Assembly: GCF_037042905.1 (NCBI RefSeq)
Contig: NC_087251.1
Coordinates: forward strand, 24,988,001 to 25,052,000
Source: Lytechinus pictus
Lineage: Eukaryota
Reading direction: 5' to 3'
Length of the DNA: 64,000 nt
Part shown: piece after piece, positions 39,617-51,948 of the stretch
Layout: each line of letters begins with the position of its first letter
How positions within the stretch are numbered: position 1 is the first letter of the stretch
Translations under genes and position numbers: made by a program
Notes under the pieces: generated by a model
Seen by the model: the letters and a program-made list of their open reading frames with translations, nothing else
Told to the model about the DNA's origin: nothing
Databases searched by the model: none

Positions 39617-39679
39617 TTCATTTTTTAAACATTTTAGGTTTTTTTTATAAAAAAAAATATATATATAGAAGTTTGAACT

Positions 39680-40385
39680 ATTTCCTCTTTCGTTCTTTTC
39701 TTCTTGCCCCTTTTTCATTCCATGAATCTTTATTTCCTGATTTTTAGTCTCTCTCTATCTCTGTTCATTTTTCTGTCTTTCCTTCTTTCTTTTTTAAATT
39801 TACTTTTTTTATTTACTTCATTAATTTTCTTTCCTTAAACTTTGCTTTGCTTCCTTCTCCCTTCCTCTCCTTTTTATCTTTGTTCATTCTCTAATCTACT
39901 ACTACTAGTTCCATTACTTTTTTTTTCATTCTCTCCTCCCTCTGTTTCATCCTTTCTTTCATTCTTTATTTAATTTTTCCCTTCTAATTATTTTCCCTTA
40001 TTCTTTCTTTCTTTCCCTCCCTTCCTGTTTTTCTTCTTTCTTTGTTTCTTTTTCATTTTCTGAAGGAAACATTTTTCTTTCCTCCATTCTTTCTTTCCGC
40101 TTCCTCCTTTTTTCTTACCCTTTTCCTTTCTCTCCTTTATTTTTTAATTCTTTCACACATTTGTTCATCTTCCATTTCTTTCAGTTTTTCTTTTTCTTTT
40201 TTCAATTCAAAGAATGACGGAAACCTTTAATCTCTGTTATTCTTTATTTCATCCTTCTTTTATTCTAACTTCCTTTTTTCCTGCATTTTCCCTTTTTTCT
40301 TTCTTTCTTCTTTCAATTCATCTCTTTTCTTTCTCTCCTTCATTCTTTCGTTCATCCTCCCTTCCAATTGTTTATTTTTTTTACA
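39680..40385. repeat. Long pyrimidine-rich low-complexity tract
   Basis: Direct inspection. Source of spurious F/S/L-rich ORFs. Confidence 0.85.
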
Positions 40386-41281
40386 ACTTACAAGTCTAAC
40401 ACTGTGTCTGTGTACAGTGTAGCCTTCTTTGTTGATCTTCTTTTTATTAAGACCTGGCTCGGCCTCGGTCGATCCGCTTGTGCAGCGTGCTTTGACCTTT
40501 GTCGATTCTCCTGTAATCTGTATTTCACTTTGTGAAATCTGGTCACCCTGATGCAGTCTCACTTCTGTCTTTTCTGAAATTTATATTCTTATCTTAAAAC
40601 TTAGTCTTTATGCCTTTAATACCTTTATACCGCATCTACTGGAAAAATACAGTTGTGTCTGCACTACTATTAACTAACGTTAGGTTCTAACTTTAATGTT
40701 AGATCTATTCTAGGCCTACCGTAGACAGCTGGCAGCCGTCTGTTACTCTGTTTCGAGGAGTTTTTTAACATTTTTTTTTTTTTTTAATTTCTCCTCATAC
40801 ACAGACGGCTCGCTAGCGTGCAGCCACCATTAGGGGACTTGCAATGCAAAATCCCCCCGTCGGGGCTCTTCAATTTTTGTCTTTAATGAGTAAAAATTTT
40901 GAAAATTCACGCGACCAAAATGCAAATTAATATTCCCTCTTGGCATCAATTGCCAAAAAACGGAGAAAAATCAAGTTAAAAGGAACAAAAACAGTGACTT
41001 ACCTCGGCTGTCGCGCAAATTCACTTCCTCGTTTTATCCGATCTTAAGTACATAAACATATGGCCATTGAGTCCCCTGTACAGATCGCGCTAGAACTTCG
41101 GTCTCTGTATTTGGTGAGTGAAGCCAACGGAGTTCAGCTGAACAACCAACATAACACAGACCGAAGCTTTTGGTCTAGGCCTACCGGTACTTAAAAATAA
41201 AGTTAGATCTATTTTAACTGTTTAATCTTATTTAACTGTTTAATCTTCACTTCAGATCTTAGTCTTGACTTAGTATCTTAC

Positions 41282-41356
41282 CTCTATTTTTAAAGGGTAT
41301 CCATTTTTCACTCCTTTGACATGAGAAGTCAGCATATTATGTGTAAGTAACTTCAT
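41282..41356 (-). CDS. TRMT112: TRMT112 methyltransferase activator subunit, exon 1 (MKLLTHNMLTSHVKGVKNGYPLKIE)
   Basis: Matches the characteristic Trm112 N-terminus (MKLLTHN.L.SHV.GV...G.PL). GAG|GTAAG donor, 75 nt, phase 0. Confidence 0.97.
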
Positions 41357-41704
41357 TGTCCTAACTACTGTCGATCTCATCTAACGTCAACGACAACGAT
41401 GCGAAATCTTGTATCTAATGGTAATGCGCGTGTAATTGCGTGCATGCATGCATTACATTTCAATTGACATGGGGGCTGCCATATTTAAACCGTAATGCAC
41501 GATGGGATACATAAACTAGTCTATACCTCAGACTAGGAAATAGAGAAAAATATCTATTTGATTAGTATCTAATTACTTATTTGTTCATATAGATACATAT
41601 GTGTGTAATTGTGTATATATATGTATTTTATATGAGTATGAGGCCACATAGACGATGGTCATTGTTCTGTTTGTTTTAGAATAATATATCTCTCTTCTCT
41701 GAGT

Positions 41705-44700
41705 CTGGAATAAAATTATTGGAAATGTTTTTTTGACTGATTTGAGTAGGTATGGGTGTCAACATTTACCCCAAAAAAAGTTAGGAGGAATACGGGTTGG
41801 GGAAAGTGCTTTTTTTCAAGGTCAAAGGTCAATGACCTTTTCGTACATACTGTATAATGGTATCTCTGAGATGGAAAGGCGCAGGTTGGTGATAATGGTG
41901 TCAAAATGCACAAATTCTTACCAGAATATCAAATAGAATAAAATTAATGACCTAAAATGCACATTCACCTATAAAATTCAAGGTCAAAGCCTTTCAAAAG
42001 GTCAATGACCTTTTTTACATTATATACCATACCGTATAATGGTATCTCTGAGATGATAAGGTACATGCTGGTGATCATGGTGTCAAAATGTACAGATTCT
42101 TACAAGAAGATCAAATGAAATAAACTTAAGTACCTAGAATGCACATTCACCAATAAAATTCAAGGTCAAAGCTTTTCAAAGGTCAATGACCTATTTACAT
42201 TATATACCATACTGTATAATGGTATCCCTGAGATGAAAAAGCACAGGTTGGTGATCATGGTGTCAAAATGCACAGATTCTTACCAGAAGATCAAATGGAA
42301 TAAAATTAAGTACCTAGAATGCACATTCACGCATAAAATTTAAGGCCAAAGGTCAATGACCTTTTATACTACATATACCATATTATATAATTGTATCTCT
42401 AAGATAAAACGGTGCGGGTTGGTGTTCTTGGTGTCAAAACACGCATATTCTTACAGGAAGATAAAATAAAATTAAGCATAGAGAATGCACATTCACCCAT
42501 AAAATTCAAGGACAAAGGTCAATGTCCTTTTTAACATTAGATGATAATAATGGTATCTCTGAGATAAAACACCGCAGGTTGGTGATCTTGGTGCCAAAAT
42601 CCAAAGACTTGTACAAGAAGATTAAACAACACTAAAATAAGTATAAAGAATAAACTTTCACCCTTGAAATCCTAGATCAGAAGAAATATATAATCTATAT
42701 GATGTAAAAATAACCCAAAACAATATCTTTTGTGTTCATATTTTATATCTGAATAATATGTAAATAACCATGGCTAATTTGTAATGAAAACATGGAGGTT
42801 TCATAATTTCGGTCTGAAATAATGAAGGCCATGGAGAATGTATTTTGGGGTCAGAGGTCAATGAGCCCTTTCCAAAATATCAGTGGAAATGAAGTTTAAA
42901 AAGTTGATAACCAAATAACACTTTTTCATATACTGCGATGCATTGCCAAAAGCACTGAAAAAATACATGAAATCAAGTATATAATTTGAAATGATTTTTA
43001 TCTTAAGTAGCAGCATTTAATGCATCATTATATCTAAATCAAGGTTGTCGTGTCTTTTCTCTCCAGCGATAGGCCACTCATCTCAATGCTATAATAAATA
43101 CTATAAACTATTAGCTTAATCTTCTGAAAATGGATAGGACAGGTCTAACTCTCATGTCACAGCAAGCATCATCTGAGAGCATTTCCAAACAGCAGAGGGA
43201 TGATGATGAAATGAAGGCCATCATTAGAGCTGCAGCTTCTGTCATATACATGTAGTAAATTATATATATATCAACTTCAACAAAGGTAAATTCCCGTATT
43301 ATTAGTACCTTTCATCAGTTCATTGCGAGCTGCCAGAATCTCTTGTGATGCTAATGCTGCAAGACAAACCTTCATATCTGCTCTCTGCCGTACGTCACCC
43401 ATGATGCTATTTCTACTAGGTATCAGTTTGTACAAGGATCATGTTTTTGGTCCAGAAAACTGATTGTTAGCATGCACAAATTAGGCATATAACAATGCCA
43501 TTCAAAAGGAGATAATAGCTTACAAGTACACATCCATCGACCTAACAAAACTCATAGCACCACTTCCAGTTCTTGAGAATCAAGCTGTGCAATTATCAGT
43601 AATAATATAGATCCTGGTCTGATATCCCTTGACAGAACGTTAGGCTTTCATTGAATGGGCCATATCAAAGTCTTGAAAATGTCAGAAGGTTTTCAAGAGT
43701 CCAATTACTCTTTGCTGAAGTTGAGACACTTAACTTCATCTATGACAAAAAAAGCTGCAGCTCTAATGATTGCCTTATTTTAATTCTTCGTCATTGTCCC
43801 TGGCTATATGCAAATGTTCTCGGATGATGCTTGCCATGAGACTTAGGCCTATCCTTTCCATTTACAGATTAAGTTATAGTGTTATAGTATTGATTGTAGC
43901 ATTTGAGGTTAGTGACCTATTGCTACAGAGAAATTAGTACCTTGATTTAGATTTATAAAATGCATATCTAAATGCTGCTACTTTAGGTAACTTCACCATT
44001 GTCACCATTTCAAATTATATCACACATGATTTTTTTTAAACACTTTTGTCAATGCATTACAGTATATTATAAGAAAAAGTGCTATTTGATCCAATTTGTA
44101 CCTCGAACTTGTATTTTGACATCATCATTGGTCAAGGATTCAACTATTAAATTTGTGTTCTTTTTCCACGCAGGTCAGTCTTTTTCCCATCAGAATCACT
44201 ATACCTACATGCCACAATCACGTTATATCGACCTATTTACTTAAATTCCCTGACGCTATTGACATAGTTGATTGACCTTTAACTCCTAAATATATTTTCC
44301 ATGGCCATTTTTTATCCTTATTTCTTTCAGAGTGAAATTATTAGACTTCCAAGTGTTCATTACAAATAGTTATCTTTCTTTCTATTATTCACAAATAAAA
44401 TGTGAATATAATGGATTAATTTCTTTTTGGGGGGAATCATGCATGGATATATAAATATTTATCAACTTTTGACCTTTGACTTTGGATATTGGATTATTCT
44501 GTATGATTATTTTGAGTCTTTTTTATCTTCTTGCAAAAATTGAATTGACATCAAAATCACCAACATGCAGCGTTTTATCTCAGAGATACCTTTAGACGAT
44601 ATATAGCCTATGTAAAAAGGTCACTGACCTTTGACCTTGAACTTTATGGGTTAGTATGCATTCTAGGTGATTAACTTTATCTTATTTGATCTTCCTGTAA

Positions 44701-45650
44701 GAATCTGGGAATTTTGATCCAACGATCACCAACCTGTGCCGTTTCATCTCAGAGATACTATTATACAGTATGATACATAATGTAAAAAAGGTCATTGACC
44801 TTTGAAAGGCTTTTACCTTGAATTTTATAGTTTAATGTGCATTCTGGGTACTTAATTCTATTTTATTTGATCTTCCTGTAAGAACCTCTGCATTTTGACA
44901 CCAAGATCACCAACCTGCACCTTTTCATCTCAGAGATACCATTATACCGTATATGGTATACAATGTAAAAAAAAGTAATTGAGCTTTGAAAGCTTTGACC
45001 TTGAATTTCATTCATTCGGTGAATGAGCATTGTAGGTACTTGATTTGATTTCATTTGATCTTCTTGTAAGAATCTGTGCATTTTGAAACCAAGATCACCA
45101 ACCTGCGCCTTTTCATCTGAGAGATAGCATTATACCGTATATGGTATATGATGTAGAAAAAAGGTCATTGACCTTTGAAAGGCTTTGACCTTGAATTTTA
45201 TTGTTTAATGTGCATTCTGGGTAATTAATTTGATTTTATTTGATCTTCCTGTAAGAACCTCTGCATTTTGACACCTAGATCACCAACCTGAAACCTTTTC
45301 ATCTCAGAGATACCATTATACCGTATATGGTATATAATGTAATAAAGGTCATTGAACTTTGAAAGGCTTTGACCTTGAATTTCATGGGTGAATGAGCATT
45401 GTAGGTACTTGATTTGATTTTATTTGATCTTCTTGTAAGAATCTGTGCATTTTGACACCATGATCACCAACCTGTAATATTTTATCTGGGAGCTACCATG
45501 ATACAGTATATTTAAAAAGGTCATTGACCTTTGACCTTGAAAAAAAGCACTTTCCCCAACCCGTATTCCTCCTAACTTTTTTTGGGTAAATGTTGACACC
45601 CATACCTACTCAAATCAGTCAAAAAACCATTTCCAATAATTTTATTCCAG
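41705..45650. mobile_element. ~3.9-kb foldback element: long inverted arms containing ~170-180-bp tandem repeats
   Basis: 41705-41840 is a near-perfect reverse complement of 45515-45650. Tandem units carry CAAGGTCAAA(GGTCA) and ATGGTATCTCTGAGAT. Diverged inverted similarity continues inward to ~43295/43700. Confidence 0.92.
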
Positions 45651-45734
45651 TTGGTTACTAATTACGGGATACTAGTCTAGGTTATATTCTTTGTATTCAG
45701 TAGAGCTTATTATCCCCGGTTATTATCCATTTTG

Positions 45735-45915
45735 AAAAAAAAGAAGAAGAGAAAAAAAAGAAAGACAAAGGAAAGTAAGAGAAAATGAAAGGGAAAAGAA
45801 AGGAAAAGGAAAGGAAGGAGGAGAAAAAAAAGAAAAAAAAGAAGAATGGAAAGAAAAGGAGAAGAAATTAAAGGAAAAGGAATAAAGATGAAGAAATGGA
45901 AGAAAGGGAAAAAAT
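45735..45915. repeat. Purine-rich (GA/AAAG) low-complexity tract
   Basis: Direct inspection. Confidence 0.85.
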
Positions 45916-46913
45916 ATGTATATGCATGTGTGTTATATATATATATATCTTGTTTACTAACACCATCTCCATGTCCATATAACTTACAACCTTGATTTAA
46001 CAATGTGCCATCTCATTTATTAAAGCCCTCATTTTGGATGCCCCCATAAATTTCGAATCATCCGAACCTCCCCATATCAAATTTTATCTTTTTTCTATAT
46101 CAAATTTTATCTTTTTTCTTTACAAAACAAAACGGACATACATGTATTTGATTGGTATATGCGAGATCATTTCACGGGAAAAGACTCTTTAACAGTTTAT
46201 TTCTTTATTTCTTTTCCGAGTTTCAAGACTATAGAGTATCCCAAAGGGAGCCCCTGTCTACACCGGAGAGATAGGACGATGTCTGGACGGTGTCGTAAGA
46301 AGGGACGGGATCATGTGGTAACCTGTAAGATACGATAGTCTTTATAATAATAATAATTAGAAAAAAAAACAAAGAAAGAAGGAGAGGAACGATTTTAAAG
46401 GACACGTCGAAGAAAAACAAGAAAATAATAGTTGGCCTAACGAGTTGGCGGTAATAGTCAAATATGACTGGTCGCCATTAATTTCCAACAAACAACAACA
46501 GACTTGAAAACAGGTACCATATGCCACGGGGGGGGGGGGGGGCAAACACAGAAATACTTTACTCAAATATCACGATGTATATTATTTCCTTTGTTATATT
46601 GGTGTAAACTTCATTTTTTATAAGAATTTCATTTACTATTACTTTTCGTTAATGATTGAAAAATTATTGCCAGTAATTTCCATAAAAGAACAATAAAAAA
46701 AGGAAACAAACTGAACATAAGAGATTAAAAAACAATTAAAAAACACTTTGTACTAAATTTATGCATTTGATCAGAATGGCTCAATAAAAAAATAAGCTGC
46801 AGTAAAAGGGCTTTATTTAGGCCTATAGACTTAAGGCCAAATTTGTATTTAATGCAGTTAAAGTGGCATAACTGATTCAAATAAAATAAAGCATATCGAT
46901 TTAATGAAATTAA

Positions 46914-47455
46914 AGGACAAGTCCGCCCTAAAAAAAAGTTGATTTAAACAAATAGAGAAAAATCCAAAAAGCATAACACTGAAAATTTCATCAAAATCGG
47001 ATGTAAAATAAGAAGTTATGACATTTTAAATTTTTGCTAAATTTCACAAAACGGTTATATGCACACAAAGGCATCCTGGTCGGTATGTGAGGGGACTGAT
47101 GACGTCACTCACTGTTTCTTTTGTATTCTATTATATGAAATCATTGGAAGGTGAAATAAGTTTTCTTCCTCCATTTTATGGTTTAGTAAAGCTGGTCCTT
47201 ATTGTCAAAACTGTAAAAATTGAAATAATTCAAACAATAAATAACTAAAGAAATAGTGAGTGAGGGACATCATCGACTCTGACTCTCATTTGCGTGTTGC
47301 TGAGTTGTGCATAGAACTGATGTTTTGTGAAAAATAAGCAAAACTTTAAAATGTCATAAATTTACATCCGATTTTGATGAATTTTTCAACATTATTCTTG
47401 TTTGATTTTTTATCTATTGATCTAAATCAACATTTTTCTGGGGTGGACTTGTCCT
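46914..47455. mobile_element. Non-autonomous TTAA-target DNA element (Kolobok-like MITE)
   Basis: TTAA|AGGACAAGTCC...GGACTTGTCCT|TTAA. Same family as 15827..16444. Confidence 0.85.
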
Positions 47456-47572
47456 TTAACCTTTGAAACCCCATAGATCATTACCCCATAGATCACTACC
47501 ATTGTGCAAATTCTTGTCTGGTGCCCCTAGAATGACAAGACTCAAAATACCCCGGGACTGCATGTACATGTA

Positions 47573-48703
47573 AAGTGGCGTACCGTGAGTCACGGCATTG
47601 GGGGGGGGGGGGCACCAGCAAAATATTTGAGTCACTTAGTGAGCATGCGAAGCGCGCTCAGTTGCCAGGTATACTGACTTAATAGGGACATTTTAAAGAC
47701 AGTGCCATTAAACGGATATGTATGTCACTGCTCAAATAATGCGAGCGCGAAGCGCGAGCTGAAAATTTTTGATATGCAGACCAAAAAAGGACATTATAAG
47801 TAAATTTTTGTAATCATGATACATACCTGTCTCGCTAAACAAACAATGCGAGCGCGAAGCGCGAGCTGAAATTTTTGTAAATATTGACCCCAAACAAGGA
47901 CATGTTAAGGACTATATTTTAGGAATCCATTAAGAGTATACATATCTCACCATAGTCATCTAATGCGAGTGCAAAGCGCTTGCTGATTTTGCTACATCTA
48001 AACACATGAAGCACTTTTTGTAGTCATTGTAATCATGATACTTCGCATCTCACTCATCAAATGAGCGCGAAGCGCGAGCTAAAAACTTAGGATATTCAGA
48101 CCTGAAGAGAGGCATTCTAAGGCCTGTTTGTAAGAATTCACTAAGACCATACGATACGTATTTCACTAACCAAATGATGCGAGCGCGAAGCGCGAGCTGA
48201 AAAATTTTGATATTCAGATCAGAAAAAGGGACATTTTAAGGACTGATTTTTAGGAATTCATGAAGAGCAGACATATCTCACCAATCTACTAGTGCGAACG
48301 TAAGCACGGACAGGAAATGTTTTATATTAACACCTTAAAATGGGGCAATCACTTTTAGTAGTCATGAAAAAGAACCATAATGTTTCTACATAAAACAATA
48401 ATAAGTCGAAGTGCGAGGAAATATATTTGGTGTATATTGACTTAAAAACGTTAAACAGACAATGCGAGTACCGGGAACAATGAAGACATCTAGGCCTGAG
48501 CAAAATAAACTTATGAAATAATGTTTCTTATATATTATAACATAACATGATTATAATATAACATTATAATGAACAATAATTTCTTCCTTCCCACTACGTT
48601 TTTCTTCCTTTCTCCCTCTTTTTCTCCTCTTCCCCGTTTTTTTTTTTTTTTGGCCAGCCGATTGGATGAGCACGTGCCCCCCCCCCCCGTAGTTACGCCA
48701 CTG
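47573..48703. mobile_element. Non-autonomous hAT-like element with internal GCGAGCGCGAAGCGCGAGCT repeats
   Basis: (A)AGTGGCGTA...TACGCCACTG termini with 8-bp TSD TACATGTA (47565, 48704). Internal ~105-120-bp repeats. Confidence 0.85.
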
Positions 48704-50318
48704 TACATGTATGAGGAATAAACCATGTCAACTTACTTTAGTGTTCTTTTTTTTAGCATTCAATTTCCATAATTTAGTAATTTTGGGGAAATATGACGTT
48801 TTCTGTTGGAAATTCAGTAAGAAATTTGTATTCATCACTATGCTTATTCCAAAAATGTATTAAAAACATTAATAATATACTGTATAGTTTAATTGATTTA
48901 CAGAAAATTGCATAGTTCGTTGGAAAAAAACGTTTTAAGATGATTTAAAACGTTTTATTAATTTGTTTTTTGTTTTATAAAAAAAAGTTTTTTGTTACAA
49001 CCCTGTATTTGACACATTTCTGTTAGTAAAAGTTATTATGACGAAATTAGGTTTTGTGATAAATTTTGAGATAATATTCAGAAAATGATGTCATATTGCA
49101 CACCTTTCCATTGCCTTTTCTATGATTTTCTCTCTTTTCTCTTCGTCGTGAAAAATCCGGGGGTCCATATAGCTCCAATTCACCCATCTGTACCCAAGTG
49201 TGCGTGTGTGTGCAGGCGCGTAGCCAGGGGGGCGGTGGGGGCGGTCGCCCCCCCAAAACGTCCCCAAAAAAGAAAAAAAAGAAGAGAAAAAGGAGAGGAG
49301 AAAAGGAAAAGCGAAGGGAGGAAAGGGAAGAAAGGTAGCTTTGTGGGGTTTTCTTTTTATTCTTTATTTATTTCTCAAAAGAAAAACTCCTTCACTCTTG
49401 CTCTATATTTATATACATGATATATATGAATTTTGCTTCCGCGCTGCGCGCGGTTAAATGACAATATTGCAGTTCTCCTTTGTTTCCCTAACCCTGTTTT
49501 TCGACCTCAGCTACGTGTTTCTTGCCAGCTCATTACTAAAAAAACATAATTTGGGGGCAAACAGGTTCCTAATTTCAAAAGAGGAAGGTATAAAATTCGT
49601 GTCGTATTAAATAAAAAAAAAATACAATATTTTTTAAATCAAATTCTATTAAAATTTCCCTGCACATTCATTTCCTGTCCTGTTTTGCGCCCTCAGTTTG
49701 AAATTTTGAATGACACTTCAGTTTCTTTATCATTCAAAATTAAGCGCTTCTGGATAAATCAAAGAGATTATACATCATCCTTTTTTATATAATTTCAATA
49801 AATTACAGAAGTTTCAACTTTTTGCGCACTATTTTCCTTGTAATGAAGTTCAATAATCTTAGAAAATCAATTGAATTAGAGCCGATGGAGTAGAGATATC
49901 TGCATTTGATGAAACGTCCGCCCTCTGAAATTTCAGAGTTTCATTGCTCTGCACGGGGAGAAATATCTTCCTCCCGGCACCCTTCGGGGTAAATATTATT
50001 TTAATTTCCTCAATTTTATCCCTTTTTGTGCGTTCACAATCACTTTTAAAATCAAGGTTAAAAATCAAAATATAGTCACTGAATTGGAGCTGATATAGGT
50101 ACTATAGAGACAAGAGAGACGGCTCCTTTTCATTTTAATTTAAGAAACACCGAAAGCTTCGCGCTCACTAACCATGCCCCCAACACCCACTTATCATGCA
50201 GATTATGATGTTTTTACATTGTACACCTTTATTGAAAAAAAAAACAGTGGTTCCGCAGCCCCTGAATCGATAAAGATGACCCACCTTTCTTTTTCTTTTT
50301 TGGTGTTAATTTGTCATG

Positions 50319-50536
50319 GGAGGCGCGATAGCCCATGCATGAGCAGGGGTTTCGGATTCCGGTGACCCGGGTTCGATTCCCAAAGTGGTTCGCTAGTGCC
50401 CTTTGGTAAGGCATTTATCCTCATTACCAGGTCCCTCGGAGAGGACCTTAAACCGTTGGCCCCCTGGTTGCTTGCTCACAGGCATTCGTGCTTTCTTAGC
50501 AGTCAGGTAAAAAACCTCTGTATAAACCTCTGTATA
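50319..50536 (+). mobile_element. tRNA-derived SINE, second copy
   Basis: GGAGGCGCGATAGC...GGTTCGATTCCC...GTGCCCTTTGGTAAGGCATT...CAGTCAGGT aligns along its length with the 39403..39616 copy. Confidence 0.88.
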
Positions 50537-50640
50537 TATGTAAAATCCAGTGGAGGAACCTTTTCCATGTATGCATCGTAGACTAATATTGACAAAGTAA
50601 AACTGAATTGAATTGATTCAAAGTGATATTCAATTTACAT

Positions 50641-50908
50641 CAGGGGTAGATACAGGATTCTCCGAAGGGGGGGCACATTTTCCCGAGGGAAAAAGGGGTT
50701 TTCAACGAAAAATAAGGACATTTCATCCACGAAAAAATTTGACAAGCAAAAAAAAAAAAAATAATAAAAAGGTCTTCATTTTCAAAGGGGGGGGGGGCAT
50801 ACTTCTATTTTAACAGCAATTTTACATTACAAATTTCAATTGTGCCTCTCAAAGGGGGGGGGGGCACGGGTCGGCTTTGCCCCCCCCCCCCCCCCGGATC
50901 CGCCAGTG
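50641..50908 (-). mobile_element. hAT-like MITE, same family as 1472..1803 in opposite orientation
   Basis: The reverse complement of 50770-50908 aligns with 1472-1600 (AAATTTGTAATGTAAAA...AGAAGT.TGCCCCC..TTTGAAA.TGAAGAC). Confidence 0.8.
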
Positions 50909-51204
50909 AATTTGTTTACTGCTTTGGTCAGATTGTGTCTGAATTACAGAGACTACAAAATTATACGACGCATATGAAAACAATGCATTCTCGGAAATCA
51001 TTAAAATGTTGTTGTGCATCAAGTTCCAGTTCGACAGCTGTATTCTACAACAAATTGGAGCAATTAAATATATTTTCCTGCTTTCTGTGATAATCCAAGG
51101 GGAAGCAGGTATGTTGGGTGCCTGCATTTATATTTATTAAACACGTCAGTGATATAAGTTTGGTGTATGATGTATTGAATCTGAATTAACAAGACCATTA
51201 TTAA

Positions 51205-51445
51205 ACCATCCGAGTGCTTGGTCTCGCGAGAGACACCCGACCGCTTCATGAACTTCTCGCCTCACCCAGCCCGGGGAGCGATTGCCAGCGCGGTGTACCG
51301 TGGCCACTCTCGTGGTTCGCTCGTACTCGTGTGCGATTAATTCATGCCATGGTGGTGGTGGTTTAGACAGGAATAACCGTCGTTTCTGGGGATTTATTTA
51401 ACAATTTCTGACATTTTATTATCATCCCCATTCACCGACGGTAGT
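51205..51445 (+). promoter_or_regulatory. CpG-rich promoter and probable non-coding first exon of an unidentified gene
   Basis: TCTCGCGAGA palindrome at 51222-51231, dense CpG, candidate donor ACG|GTAGTG at ~51440, followed by CpG-poor intron-like DNA. Strand is inferred. Confidence 0.5.
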
Positions 51446-51784
51446 GTGTTACTGTTAGTCACTTACTCAGTGCGAGCCTGCATCATGTGTAATCGGGACC
51501 ACCAATTCGGGCGACCGGGTTTTGTCTAGACTAGGCCTAAATTTTTTTATTTTTTTTATTCTTAATGACGTATTATCTTGAACGAAGGCCCACTATTTTC
51601 GTTAGACTCTAATCTTTCTTTTGATACTATATATATTGCAAGAAAATATCGTTCAACGAGTTGTGCATTTATCAAGGCTTTCCGATTAGAATTTTTTAAA
51701 TCCTGGCCAATCAGTTCAAGCGACAAGTTCCGAACGCACGCACATCTACAAGCACAAAGCAGCGGGACAAATCGCGTTATATAT

Positions 51785-51916
51785 AGCCTTGAGGACTCCA
51801 TGATGATATTTTGTAATATTTTGACATATACTTCTTCATCATGGAGCCTTGAACCGCCTGTCATATACCGTAAGTAACAGTGTATTAACCGCACCCGTGC
51901 ATTAACCGCATCCCCA

Positions 51917-51948
<32 letters not shown>

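Larger units (their letters stand above)
38782..40550. mobile_element. Non-autonomous hAT (Blackjack-like) element in TRMT112 intron 1
   Basis: TIR CAGGGTGACCAGA/TCTGGTCACCCTG with perfect 8-bp TSD ATGCAGTC (38774, 40551). Contains a SINE and a long pyrimidine tract. Confidence 0.9.

Noticed and set aside
47100..47107. Perfect CRE TGACGTCA
   Set aside because: It lies inside a TTAA-target MITE whose other copies show variants; isolated and far from a promoter.
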